Under the pieces are notes generated by a model, which worked only from the letters and a program-made list of their open reading frames with translations, was not told where the DNA came from and did not search any database. Of a stretch of DNA of 64,000 nucleotides, positions 39,608-48,866 are shown in pieces. Position 1 is the first letter of the stretch; the number at the start of each line of letters is the position of its first letter. The position numbers were made by a program, and so were the translations under genes. This DNA comes from Planctomycetota bacterium (lineage in GTDB: Bacteria; Planctomycetota; JAJSAM01; JAJVHW01), in contig JAJVHW010000006.1 of NCBI GenBank assembly GCA_022072415.1, forward strand, positions 4,958-68,957. The letters run 5' to 3'.

Positions 39608-40379
39608 CCGGCCTCCAGAGGTCGCGTCCGAGCTCCCGGAGCTTCGCGTACTTGAGGAAGACGTAGTAGGCGCCCGACACGGCCGCGCAGAAGCCCGCCG
39701 CGCCGTCGAGGAAGCCCGCGCGGAGCACGTACATCCGCACGAACTTCCCGAACGGGCGGAGCGTCAGGTCGAGGAGCCCCGCGCGCCGTCCGGCCGCATG
39801 CTTCTCGCGCGCCGCGATCGACGTGAACGAGTCGATCGTGCGGAGATGGTCGGAGAGCGAGCGGTAGCTCAGGTGGAGGAGATCCCCGCCGATCCGCCGC
39901 ACCGGGCCGCCCCCGGGGTCCGTCACCACGTGATCGTGCGGGTTCGTCCCGCCCCACCGCGCGCGGCTCCTCCGGAAGAGCCGGAGCTTCCGGTCCGGAT
40001 ACCAGCCGCCGTGCCGGATCCACCGCCCGAGGTAGAACGTGCGCCGCGCGCACTCGAAGCCGGCGGCGTCGCCCGGCGACCCGAGCGCGGCGAGGATCGA
40101 CGCGCGGAGCTCCGGCGAGACGCGCTCGTCGGCGTCGAGGCAGAGCACCCAGTCGTGCGTCGCCTCCGAGAGCGCGAAGTTCTTCTGCTGCACGTGCCCC
40201 GGCCAGTCGCGCTCGATCACACGCGCCCCGGCCGCCGCGGCGAGTTCGCGGGTGCGGTCCGTCGAATGGCTGTCCACCACGACCCACTCGTCCGCGAAGT
40301 CCGCCGAACTGAGGCAGTCGGAGATGTTCGCCTCCTCGTTCATCGCGACGATGCACACGGAGAGTTTCGGACGCGTCAC
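39597..40379 (-). CDS. Glycosyltransferase family 2
   Basis: LSVCIVAMNEE...WVLCLDADE (DxD motif). The GTG start overlaps the upstream kinase stop (GTGA). Confidence 0.75.
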   Translation of the reverse strand: MTRPKLSVCIVAMNEEANISDCLSSADFADEWVVVDSHSTDRTRELAAAAGARVIERDWPGHVQQKNFALSEATHDWVLCLDADERVSPELRASILAALGSPGDAAGFECARRTFYLGRWIRHGGWYPDRKLRLFRRSRARWGGTNPHDHVVTDPGGGPVRRIGGDLLHLSYRSLSDHLRTIDSFTSIAAREKHAAGRRAGLLDLTLRPFGKFVRMYVLRAGFLDGAAGFCAAVSGAYYVFLKYAKLRELGRDLWRPDAR

Positions 40380-41209
40380 AGCGCGGCCCCCCGGACGGGG
40401 CGGACGGCGTCGTGCCGCGCGATGTGCGCCGCGAGCCGCGAGGCGAGGGCGCGGAGGTCGTCGCGCGACGGCCAGTCGGCGCCGGCGTATGCGCGGAGGA
40501 CCCGCATGCGGTCCGCCCGGGTCACCGGGTGCCCCGCCGCGGCGACCTTCGCGGCGTAGCGGTCGAACCGGAACAGTCCGGCGAGCCGCCTCTCGCGCGG
40601 GAGCGGACGCGCGCGCTTCACGCGGTCGAGGTCGAGGACCCGGACCGCGGCACCGTCGGCGAGGAGGTTCTTCAGGTGGAGGTCGGGGTGGTCGAAGCCC
40701 GCGTCGTGAAGGGCGCGGATCGACCGGCCGGAGGCGGCGAGGATCGCGCGGCGCGCGGCCGGCGCGAGGCCCTCGGCGAGCGCCTGCTCGACGTCGCGGG
40801 CACCGGGGACCTCCTCGAGCAGGAGCCATCCCGCGCGGAACAGCGCGTCGGCACGCCGCGACACGACGCCCAGCGCGCGGCAGACGGGGACTCCCGCGGC
40901 CTCCGCGTCCACGTGCGCGCGAAGCTCGCCGAGGAACCGCCCGTCGCCGACGTGGCGCGCCCCGGTCACGCGGCCGAGCACCCCGCCGTGCAGGTACGGG
41001 CGCACGAACACGCGCCCGGCTCCGGGAACCTCCACCGAGAAGGGCCGCCCGCGCCCGCGGAACTCGCGGACCGCCCGCAGGCGGGCCGACGCGGGGTCGG
41101 CGAGCGACGCGGCCAGCGCGTCGGCGACGTCCTCGCGGAGCACCATGTCGGCGCCCCCCGAGGACCGCCGCACGAAACCGCGCGGAAGCTCAGCCGCCGT
41201 CGGGCCCAT
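40376..41209 (-). CDS. Kdo/LPS-kinase family protein (KdkA/WaaP-like)
   Basis: FDHPDLHLKNLLADG...VLDLDRV in the catalytic region. Confidence 0.65.
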   Translation of the reverse strand: MGPTAAELPRGFVRRSSGGADMVLREDVADALAASLADPASARLRAVREFRGRGRPFSVEVPGAGRVFVRPYLHGGVLGRVTGARHVGDGRFLGELRAHVDAEAAGVPVCRALGVVSRRADALFRAGWLLLEEVPGARDVEQALAEGLAPAARRAILAASGRSIRALHDAGFDHPDLHLKNLLADGAAVRVLDLDRVKRARPLPRERRLAGLFRFDRYAAKVAAAGHPVTRADRMRVLRAYAGADWPSRDDLRALASRLAAHIARHDAVRPVRGAAL

Positions 41210-41301
41210 GCGCGGGATTGTCCCCGCCGTCCGCCCCGCCCGGCAGGGTTTCGGGGCCCCGCGGCGCAGGGGAGACTTTGCACGGCAAAGGCCGAGGGGC
41301 G

Positions 41302-41922
41302 ATGCTCGTGCCCGTGACCCGCCGCGAACCCCGCCCGACCGCCTCCGCGAAGCACGCCGCGGACGACCTGCGGTTCATCCGCGAGACCCTCGAGCGCTCC
41401 GGGCGCTTCACGGCGATCCCCGGCGCCGGAGTGGCGGCGCTCGGCGGGATCGCGTTCACGGCCGCGGCGCTCGCGCAGCAGGCGCGCGACGCGCGCACCT
41501 GGCTCTGGATCTGGGCAGCGGCCGCGGGCGCGGGGATCGCCGTCGGCCTCGCCGCGGTGGCCGTGAAGGCCCGCCGCTCGGGGATGCCGGCCTTCTCCGG
41601 CCCGGCGCGCAGGTTCCTCGCGGCACTGCTTCCCGCGGTCGCCGCGGGCGCGCTGGTGACGGTGCCCCTCGTCTCCCGCGGGCAGACGGCGCTCGTCCCC
41701 GCGCTCTGGATGCTGTTCTACGGCGTCGGCCTCTTCGCGGCGGCGCTCGGCGCCACGCGGATCGTCGCGGTGGCGGGCCTCTGGATCGCCTCGTGCGGCG
41801 CGGCGGCGCTGGTCCTTCCCGCGCGGATGGGGAACGAACTCCTCGCCGCCGGGCTCGGCGCGGGGCACGTCGCGGCGGGCGTCGCGGTCCTCCTCCTCGA
41901 CCGGAGGCGCGATGACCGCTGA
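41302..41922 (+). CDS. Hypothetical four-TM membrane protein
   Basis: Hydrophobic helices. It overlaps the downstream regulator gene start. Confidence 0.5.
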   Translation: MLVPVTRREPRPTASAKHAADDLRFIRETLERSGRFTAIPGAGVAALGGIAFTAAALAQQARDARTWLWIWAAAAGAGIAVGLAAVAVKARRSGMPAFSGPARRFLAALLPAVAAGALVTVPLVSRGQTALVPALWMLFYGVGLFAAALGATRIVAVAGLWIASCGAAALVLPARMGNELLAAGLGAGHVAAGVAVLLLDRRRDDR

Positions 41923-42259
41923 ACGCACCCGGAAGGTGCGCGCGTCGGCTGCGCTGTTCCGGGACGGCGCGGGGCTCGACCCGCTCGTCCACGAGCGCGT
42001 GCGTCTCGGCATCCTCGCGGCCCTCGCCGCCGAGTCCCCCGCGGCGTTCACGGACCTCCGCGACGCGCTCGGCCTGACCGACGGGAACCTCGCCGTGCAC
42101 GGCCGGCGCCTCGAGGAGGCGGGCTACGTCGTCCAGGCGAAGCGGTTCCGCGGCGAAGCGCGGAAGACCGAGTTCTCGATCACGCCGAAGGGCCGCGCCG
42201 CGCTCGCCTCGTACCTCGACCGGATGGACGCGATCCTCCGGAACGCCCGCAACGCCTGA
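41912..42259 (+). CDS. Winged-helix transcriptional regulator (ArsR/PadR-like)
   Basis: ERVRLGILAALAAESPAAFTDLRDALGLTDGNLAVHGRRLEEAGYV. Confidence 0.55.
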   Translation: MTAERTRKVRASAALFRDGAGLDPLVHERVRLGILAALAAESPAAFTDLRDALGLTDGNLAVHGRRLEEAGYVVQAKRFRGEARKTEFSITPKGRAALASYLDRMDAILRNARNA

Positions 42260-42494
42260 GGCGTCGTCCCGAAACAACTGACACATTTCGTCACGCGGCT
42301 TGCGGCGGTCCTTCGATGCGGATCCAGCGGTCCAGGCTCGCAAGCCGCGCGCCAGCAAGCTGCCGCAATGCATCGGCCGTCTGCGGCGTTGGGCTCGCGC
42401 CGCAACTCGCTCCGTTGAGTTGGCGGCGCTCGCCCGCCTTGCAGCCGGCTCGCTGCATCGCGGCCAAATGTGTCACTTGTTTCGGGACGACGCC
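42260..42494 (+). repeat. MITE copy 1 (about 235 bp) with 29 bp imperfect terminal inverted repeats
   Basis: The termini are GGCGTCGTCCCGAAACAACTGACACATTT and AAATGTGTCACTTGTTTCGGGACGACGCC. It is flanked by TGA on both sides, and a second copy lies at 52218..52451. Confidence 0.6.
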
Positions 42495-42499
42495 TGACG

Positions 42500-43570
42500 T
42501 CACGCCCCGAGCAGCCAGTCCTTCCACCACGCGAGGCACTCCCGCGCGACGAACAGGGGCGTCTTCGTGACGCGCTCCGACGGGACGGCCGGGACCGTGT
42601 ACGCGCGGAGCCCCCGCCGCTCGAACGCGAGATCGAGGCGCGGGAGGTGCCATCCGTGGCTCACCACGAGCACCCGCGCGCCGGGTCCGAGGAGCGCCGC
42701 GGCGTTCGCGACCGTGCTCCGCGAGTCCAGCCCCGCGGGGTCGAGTTCGATCGCGTCGGGCGGAACGCCGAGCGACGCGGCGAGGCGGCGCATCGACTCC
42801 GTCTCGTGGACGTCGCCGTCGCCCGGGCCGCCGGAGAGCACGAGACGGGGCGCGAGACCCTCGTGCCATGCGGCGCACGCGGTCGTCACGCGGTCGCGGA
42901 GGGACGTGGAGGGACGTCCGTCGGCGTAGGCGCGGGCGCCGAGGACGACGATCGCGTCGGCCCGTCGCGCGTACCGGCTCGTCCCCGTCGTCGCCATGAG
43001 CAGGAGCGGGAACGCGAGCGCCGCGGCGGCGGCCCACGCCACGACGGGGAGTCGCGCCCGCGACGCGTTCCCGTCACGGGCCGCCGCGACGGCGACGCAC
43101 GCGAGGAGCGCCGCGAAGACGAGCGACAGCGAGATCCACGGCGTGTCCACCGCGCCCTCGAGGTCGAGCCGGATCACGCGGACCGCATCGGCCAGCGTCA
43201 CGGCCGCGAGCGACGCCGCCGCGCAGATCGCCGGGACGCGCGCCCGGGGCAGGCCGACCGCCCAGGCGGCCATCGCCGCGCCCGCGGCGGCGAGGACGAC
43301 GCGGAGCGCGGCGCCGCCGAGCGGCCGCGCGTCGATCCATGTTCCGTTGGCGTCGAATGCGGGGACGGCGAGCCCGGCGAGCGCGTTCACGGAGGCGAAG
43401 CCGCCGAGGAACAGCGCGAACCCGCGCAGCGCGGCTCCGGATGCGACGACGATGCCCACGAGGGCATCGTACGACCGCCGCCGCCAGCCCGGATCATTCG
43501 CGACGGTTCGCGCGTGACCGTCGCCGCGTGGACGACCGCGGAATCGCCGTGCGATGTCGTCGTACGACAT
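42500..43570 (-). CDS. Membrane protein with a C-terminal DUF218 (ElyC/SanA/YdcF-like) domain
   Basis: VVLGARAYADGRPS...LVLSGGPGDG...SHGWHLPR after N-terminal TM helices. Confidence 0.65.
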   Translation of the reverse strand: MSYDDIARRFRGRPRGDGHARTVANDPGWRRRSYDALVGIVVASGAALRGFALFLGGFASVNALAGLAVPAFDANGTWIDARPLGGAALRVVLAAAGAAMAAWAVGLPRARVPAICAAASLAAVTLADAVRVIRLDLEGAVDTPWISLSLVFAALLACVAVAAARDGNASRARLPVVAWAAAAALAFPLLLMATTGTSRYARRADAIVVLGARAYADGRPSTSLRDRVTTACAAWHEGLAPRLVLSGGPGDGDVHETESMRRLAASLGVPPDAIELDPAGLDSRSTVANAAALLGPGARVLVVSHGWHLPRLDLAFERRGLRAYTVPAVPSERVTKTPLFVARECLAWWKDWLLGA

Positions 43571-43638
43571 CGACGCACGATGCAGGCAGTCCGCGAACTG
43601 GATGCCGTTCCCGCGCGAACTCTCGTGCAGGACCCGGA

Positions 43639-44436
43639 CTAGTCCTTCTTCTTCCCCTCGCGGTCCCGCTTCCGCTGGTCGCGGTCCTCCTTCGCGCCGC
43701 GGGCCTTGTCGCGGTTCACGGCGGCGAGGTCGAAGTCGAACGTGGCCTTGTTGTCCTTCCACCACTTCCGCCACATGTCCGGATCGACGACGCCCCGCTC
43801 GCCGGTCGCGTACTGGAGCGCCTTGCGGTAGAGGGACTGCATGCCGGAGCCGTTCCGGCCTCGCCGGGACATGTGGTCGATCAGCTTCTCGATCGCCTCC
43901 GCGCACGGCACGTTCGCCACGGCCATGGCGCGCGCCTCGGCGACATCGAGGTCGGAGTCGTCCTGGATGCCGTCGAGCAGCGCGTCGATCGTGCACGGCT
44001 GGGCGAGGTCGTGGAGGCTCTTAGCCACCGCGATGAGCTCCATCTGGTCCTTCACGTCCTTCTCGATGAACTTGATCCGGGCGCCGAGCGCCTCGGCGGC
44101 CTTCTTCTTCTGGTCGTCGGCCGTGCGCGCGCCGAGCGCCTTCACGGCCGCGAGCCGCACGTCGGCGTCCGAGTCCTTCAGGAGCTTCACGAGGACCGGG
44201 AGGAGCTTCGCGTCCTGGACGGAGAGCGCGCCGGTCGCCCCGTCGAGCCGCGTGGCAGCGAACTTCGCGTCGTTCATCTTCGCGATGAGCGCGTCGGCCT
44301 CGGCCGCGACCTGCGCGGCGGCGTCCTTCGGCTTCTCCTCCTCCTTCGCCTTCCCGGCGGGCGGGTCCTCGGCGAAGGCGGCGGCGGCGAACGCGAGCAG
44401 GGTGAACAGCGCGGCCGGTCGGGTCATTCGGGACAT
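43639..44436 (-). CDS. Secreted HEAT-repeat (PBS-lyase-like) protein
   Basis: A signal peptide is followed by repeated LLxxLxDxDxxVRxxAxxAL units. Confidence 0.65.
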   Translation of the reverse strand: MSRMTRPAALFTLLAFAAAAFAEDPPAGKAKEEEKPKDAAAQVAAEADALIAKMNDAKFAATRLDGATGALSVQDAKLLPVLVKLLKDSDADVRLAAVKALGARTADDQKKKAAEALGARIKFIEKDVKDQMELIAVAKSLHDLAQPCTIDALLDGIQDDSDLDVAEARAMAVANVPCAEAIEKLIDHMSRRGRNGSGMQSLYRKALQYATGERGVVDPDMWRKWWKDNKATFDFDLAAVNRDKARGAKEDRDQRKRDREGKKKD

Positions 44437-44469
44437 CGGTTCCTCCGTCTCAGGAACACCTGCCGACGC

Positions 44470-45864
44470 TCACCGGTTTCGCGGAGTCCCGGCGGCCGCC
44501 TCGACCGCCGCCGCGAGCTCGCCTTCGAGGCCCTCGAGCGTCACCCCGAGGAGACGGCCGAGTTCGGCCGCCGGCCCCCCTCGGACGTCGGTCCCGGCGT
44601 CGGCGACGACCTTCCGGAACCGCTCGGCGCCGCGCGAGGCCACGAGGTGCCGGACGAGCGCCCACGAGAGCGCGTACCGGAGGCGTCCGTCGGCGCCCGC
44701 GAACTCGGGCGGCCCCGAGTGGACGAGGTTCAGCGCCGTCGGGAGCGCCCTCCGCCCGGCCGCGTCCGCGATCGTGGCGACGAGGTCCGGCCGCGGCCCG
44801 GGGTCCTCGAGGTGCGTCGCGGCGCCTTCGTCGAGCCACGACGGCACGCCGCGCCGCGCCGACCGGCTGTAGAGAAGCGCGTGGGACATCTCGTGACGGA
44901 GCGTCTTCGCGAGGTCGGACCGCCCGGCATGGACGTGGATGCGCGCGCCGCCCGCCTCGCCGCGTCCCATCCCCGTCGGCATCGTGAACGCGCGACCCGG
45001 GAGCGATGCGGGGAAGAGCCGCCGCCGGTGCGCCTCGTGCTCGTCCAGCGTGCGGGAGAAGACGAGCGTGACGCGGGTCCCGGGCGTCGGCGTCCCGAGG
45101 AACTCCGCGCACTCGCGCGCCGCACCGGCGAGCGCCGCCTCGACGTCGCGGGGGAGGGACGGACCGATCCGCGTCTCCACGGCGATCCCGGCCGCCTCGA
45201 ACGTCCACGGCGACCCGTTCGCGGCGCGCATGCGGTCCGGCGCGGAGAGCGAGAGGTCCCACGCGACCAGCCGCTCGCCGACGTCGCACGCGTCCGCGTC
45301 CGCCCCGGCCTTCCGCGCCTCGGCCCACGCCGCCTTCGCCGCCGCCGCGTCGCCGCGCGTCCAGAGCAGCGTGGCCCGCTCCGCGGCGCACCACGCTGGC
45401 TCGATCCCCTGCTCCGCCGCGTCGGCGGTCCGCGCGAGCGCGACGTCCCACCGCCTCCCCGCGCGGAGCGCTCGGACGAGCTTCTTCCACGCGTCGGCCG
45501 ACTCCGGGGCGAGCGCCACGGCGATCTCGAGCGACGCCGCGCCCTCGTCCGTCCGGCCGAGCTCCACCTGGAGGTTCCCGAGCTGCGTCCACGCCCACGC
45601 GTGCCCGCGGTCGATCCGCGTCACCCGGTCATAGGCCGCCGCCGCCTCGTCGAGGCGCCCCAGCTTGTGGAGCGCGTACGCCCGGAACTCCCAGCCGACG
45701 AGGTCGTCCTTCGCGCCGAGGAGCACGGCATCGGCCGCGCGGAGAAGCTCCCCCCACGCGCCGCGCCGCCGGATCTCGTCGAACGTCGCGCGGAGGTCCG
45801 ACGAAGGCTCCCCGGCGCGGGCCGCGCCTGCGAAGAGGAGGAGCAGGAGCATCGCCCGCCGCAC
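44470..45864 (-). CDS. Secreted TPR-repeat protein with a C-terminal HExxH (HEMSH) putative metallopeptidase domain
   Basis: A signal peptide and TPR helices are followed by TLRHEMSHALLYS. Confidence 0.65.
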   Translation of the reverse strand: MRRAMLLLLLFAGAARAGEPSSDLRATFDEIRRRGAWGELLRAADAVLLGAKDDLVGWEFRAYALHKLGRLDEAAAAYDRVTRIDRGHAWAWTQLGNLQVELGRTDEGAASLEIAVALAPESADAWKKLVRALRAGRRWDVALARTADAAEQGIEPAWCAAERATLLWTRGDAAAAKAAWAEARKAGADADACDVGERLVAWDLSLSAPDRMRAANGSPWTFEAAGIAVETRIGPSLPRDVEAALAGAARECAEFLGTPTPGTRVTLVFSRTLDEHEAHRRRLFPASLPGRAFTMPTGMGRGEAGGARIHVHAGRSDLAKTLRHEMSHALLYSRSARRGVPSWLDEGAATHLEDPGPRPDLVATIADAAGRRALPTALNLVHSGPPEFAGADGRLRYALSWALVRHLVASRGAERFRKVVADAGTDVRGGPAAELGRLLGVTLEGLEGELAAAVEAAAGTPRNR

Positions 45865-45916
45865 GGGCCGGATCCTACCCGCCCGGGGACGGCGTCAGAG
45901 GCTCTGAAGAAGCCCC

Positions 45917-46459
45917 TCAGGCCCTGAAGATCTCGACGCGGTCGAGCTTGGTCTTCGCGTTCCCGGCGCGGGCGATCTTCGCGATCAGTTCGGCGCCCTG
46001 GGTGACCTTGCCGAACACCGTGTGCTTGCCGTCGAGCCACGGGGTCGCGACCTCGGTGATGAAGAACTGCGAGCCGTTCGTGCCGGGGCCGGCGTTGGCC
46101 ATCGAGAGGACGCCGGGGCCGTCGTGGCGGAGGGCGGACGTGCACTCGTCCTTGAACTTCCAGCCGGGTCCGCCGGTGCCGGTGCCCATCGGACAGCCGC
46201 CCTGGATCATGAACTCGGGGATCACGCGGTGGAACACGGTGCCCGTGTAGAGCGGGTCCTTCGACTTCGCGCCCTTCGGCGTCGTCCACTCGACGGTGCC
46301 CGTCGCGAGCGCGACGAAGTTGTCCACGGTGCGCGGCGCCTCCTTCTCGTGGAGGACGCACTCGATGGGCCCGGCCGACGTCACGAACCGCGCGTGGAGC
46401 TTCCCCGCGCCGGGGACGTTCGCCTTGGGTGCCGGGGTGTCTCCGCCTGATCCGAACAT
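45917..46459 (-). CDS. ppiB: Cyclophilin-type peptidyl-prolyl cis-trans isomerase
   Basis: [13 protein letters not shown]...[15 protein letters not shown]. Confidence 0.85.
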   Translation of the reverse strand: MFGSGGDTPAPKANVPGAGKLHARFVTSAGPIECVLHEKEAPRTVDNFVALATGTVEWTTPKGAKSKDPLYTGTVFHRVIPEFMIQGGCPMGTGTGGPGWKFKDECTSALRHDGPGVLSMANAGPGTNGSQFFITEVATPWLDGKHTVFGKVTQGAELIAKIARAGNAKTKLDRVEIFRA

Positions 46460-46530
46460 GAACGCCTCCTTGGGATGCAAAGCGCGGAGTTTCGTCGCCC
46501 GGGCCGCGCGGAACACGGATTCGCGGCGCG

Positions 46531-47532
46531 TCAGAAGTCCCAGGTCCACCCGATCGAGAGCGACCCGAACCGCTGGCCGCCGTCCTGCCCCTCGAACTCG
46601 TCGGTGCGGTGGACGTGCGTGTAGGCGATGCGGAACTTCCCGAACTCCAGCGCGATCCCCGCGCGGAGCTCCGCGACCAGGGGCTCCTTGTCCACGTCGT
46701 GCCCGTCGTGGAACAGCGGCCCGTCGAGGAACGCGTTCCGGCCGACGGCGCGCGCGTCGGCGCCGCCGAACACGTACCAGCGGGGCGACGAGCCGCGGTC
46801 GCCGTCGTCGGGGACCTCGATCGCCGTGGTGTGGATCGTGTTGACGCCGAAGTCGCGCGGCAGCCGCCAGCCGAGCCGCGCCTGGAGGCCCCCCACGGCG
46901 TTCGCGTGGATCGTCCCGAGGCTCGCCCCGACCTTGCCGAGCACGTCCCAGTCCATCTGCGAGAACGCCTCGCCCGCTGCGAGACGGCGGCGGTACTCGT
47001 AGGTGCCGACGATTCCGGCCTCGCTCGCCGCCTGGTGGCGCCACCCGCGCGGGCGGTCGGACCCGGTCCAGTCGTGGACGAGCTTCTGCGCGTCCTCGGC
47101 GAGCGACGCGGCGCCGGTGACGCCCACGTCCACCTCGAACGTGCTCGCGTAGTCTCCGACCGGGTGCTCGCCCGCGCGCCGCCCCGCATTCGCCACGAGC
47201 AGGCCGGCGTAGAGCCAGCCCGCGTACGGGCGGTCGTCCTCGATCCTCCGGCGGAGCTTGATCTTCTCGGGCGTGTAGACCTCCTGCGCGACGACCGCCC
47301 CGATCTGCGTCGTGGAGCCGCGCTCGTAGAGCGGCGTGGCCGACGCGGCGGCGCGCATCCACTCCGGCGTCGCGTCGGCGTCGAACATCGACGAGACGCG
47401 GAACCCGCTCGTGTAGTAGCGGTCGCTGCGGTTGCCTGCGCCGAAGATGTCGTTCTCGAAGTGGATGCTCGTGGTGCCGCAGGCCGCGAGCAGGAGCGGA
47501 GCGGCGGCGGCGGCGTTGCGCGTGGTTCGCAT
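46531..47532 (-). CDS. Outer-membrane beta-barrel protein, lipid A deacylase LpxR-like (DUF2219)
   Basis: Lipoprotein-like signal [19 protein letters not shown] beta-strand-rich sequence ends in GWTWDF. Confidence 0.5.
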   Translation of the reverse strand: MRTTRNAAAAAPLLLAACGTTSIHFENDIFGAGNRSDRYYTSGFRVSSMFDADATPEWMRAAASATPLYERGSTTQIGAVVAQEVYTPEKIKLRRRIEDDRPYAGWLYAGLLVANAGRRAGEHPVGDYASTFEVDVGVTGAASLAEDAQKLVHDWTGSDRPRGWRHQAASEAGIVGTYEYRRRLAAGEAFSQMDWDVLGKVGASLGTIHANAVGGLQARLGWRLPRDFGVNTIHTTAIEVPDDGDRGSSPRWYVFGGADARAVGRNAFLDGPLFHDGHDVDKEPLVAELRAGIALEFGKFRIAYTHVHRTDEFEGQDGGQRFGSLSIGWTWDF

Positions 47533-47543
47533 GGGTCTCTCCG

Positions 47544-48827
47544 TCAGTTCGGTCCCGCAGCGACGAGCGGCTTCAGGAACGACTCCCACTCGGTCTCGAG
47601 CGGGAGCACGAGGGCCGCGACTCGGGCGGGATCGCGCTCCGCGACCGCCGCGGCGAGCGCGGCGGGGTGCTTCCGCGCGAGGAAGTGGACGACCGACCAG
47701 CACTCCGCGTACGCCGCGGAGCGGCCGGCGGCGCCGGCCGCGAGCACCCGGTCCGAGAGGATGTCCGCGAGCCGCGTGCGGCGTCCCGCCGCGCGCGCGC
47801 CGCGCAGGTCGCCGAGCCGGGCGCGGTTCGGCGCGTCGGGGACGAACGTCCCGCGCCCCTGCACCTCGAACAGCGTGGCGATCCCCTCGACGAGCCAGAG
47901 CGGCTGGCCCGCGCGGCAGACCCCGGTCGCGAAGGCCACCTGGTGCGCCGCCTCGTGCGTGACGGACGCGAACGACTCGCGCTCGACATGCTCGTCGAGG
48001 GCGCGCCGACGCGCCTCGATCTCGCGCTCGAGGCCCTCGACGGACTCCCGGGCCGACGATTCGTCCGCGCGGACCGCGGCGAGGCGGGCGTCGAGGGCGT
48101 CCCGTGCCGCACGCGCCGACGCGCCCCGCACCGCGGCGCGTTCGGCCGTCAGGGATGCGATCGCCTGCTGCACGCCGAGCAGCGCCGACCGCGCCGCGGC
48201 GAGTTTCTCCTCCGCCTCGGAGATCGCCGTCCGCGCCGCGCGCACGTCCGGCGACTCCTCGACGTCGTAGACGAGCACGCGCCCGGCCCCGTGGTCGTAG
48301 ATCCCGGTGAGCCCCTTCACCTCGTCCGAGGGACGCGCGAGCGCCGCGGCGAACCGCTCGAAGCTGGCGAAGACGCGCACCTCGAGCTTTCGGCCGACCT
48401 GCGCCGCCGGGATGCCGAGCGATGCGCACCACGCATGGAACTTCGCGTACGCCGCCTCGAACCGGTCGGCCCGCGCGCGCATGTCCCGGACGCCGGCATC
48501 GTGCGCGATGCGGTAGTGCGCGGTGACCACCAGCCCCGCGCCCGGTCCGTGGAGCGCGCGCAGCGCAGCGTCGGCCGACGGGTCGTCGGGGAGCGCGCCG
48601 ACGGCCCCGGCGGGCGGAGCGGAGGCTCCGGGCGTCCGCTCGATCGACGCGACCCGGTCCCGCGGCAGCGTGACCGCGCCGCCCGCGACCGCCACGCGGA
48701 CGTGCGTGTCCGTCTCGCTCACCTCGCCGACGAGCGTCCCTCCGCCGGAGAGCCGGACTTCGTCGGCCGCGCCCCGCGCCCCGAGGGCGAGGACGGCGGC
48801 GGACGCCAGGGGGACGACGAAGCGCAT
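47544..48827 (-). CDS. Secreted hypothetical protein with an HExxH (HEAAHQ) motif and a central coiled-coil
   Basis: Signal peptide, an Ala/Arg-rich coiled segment, and HEAAHQVAF. Confidence 0.55.
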   Translation of the reverse strand: MRFVVPLASAAVLALGARGAADEVRLSGGGTLVGEVSETDTHVRVAVAGGAVTLPRDRVASIERTPGASAPPAGAVGALPDDPSADAALRALHGPGAGLVVTAHYRIAHDAGVRDMRARADRFEAAYAKFHAWCASLGIPAAQVGRKLEVRVFASFERFAAALARPSDEVKGLTGIYDHGAGRVLVYDVEESPDVRAARTAISEAEEKLAAARSALLGVQQAIASLTAERAAVRGASARAARDALDARLAAVRADESSARESVEGLEREIEARRRALDEHVERESFASVTHEAAHQVAFATGVCRAGQPLWLVEGIATLFEVQGRGTFVPDAPNRARLGDLRGARAAGRRTRLADILSDRVLAAGAAGRSAAYAECWSVVHFLARKHPAALAAAVAERDPARVAALVLPLETEWESFLKPLVAAGPN

Positions 48828-48866
48828 CGCCGCCTCATCGGCAGGAACGGCGCGGCACCTGCAGCG

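Noticed and set aside
34066-39655. ORFs 34066..37830(-), 34560..38105(+), 36711..39563(-, 5' part), 37555..38565(+) and 38177..39655(+)
   Set aside because: These are GC-driven frames. The real genes are the FG-GAP, GT4 and tandem-kinase genes identified by motifs.
39586-42051. ORFs 39586..40356(-), 40039..41922(+, 5' part), 40412..41317(+), 40966..42051(-), 41145..41915(+) and 41456..42373(-)
   Set aside because: They are alternate frames across the GT2, kinase and membrane protein genes.
42291-43642. ORFs 42291..43037(-), 42470..43642(+), 42300..42497(+) and 42316..42570(+)
   Set aside because: They overlap the MITE or are antisense to the DUF218 gene. The MITE-internal ORFs recur in copy 2 (51424..52593) as repeat sequence, not as genes.
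43339-47189. ORFs 43339..45927(+) 862 aa, 44450..45598(-), 45621..47189(-) and 45917..47362(-, 5' part)
   Set aside because: They are antisense or alternate frames. Only the C-terminal 180 codons of 45917..47362 encode the cyclophilin.
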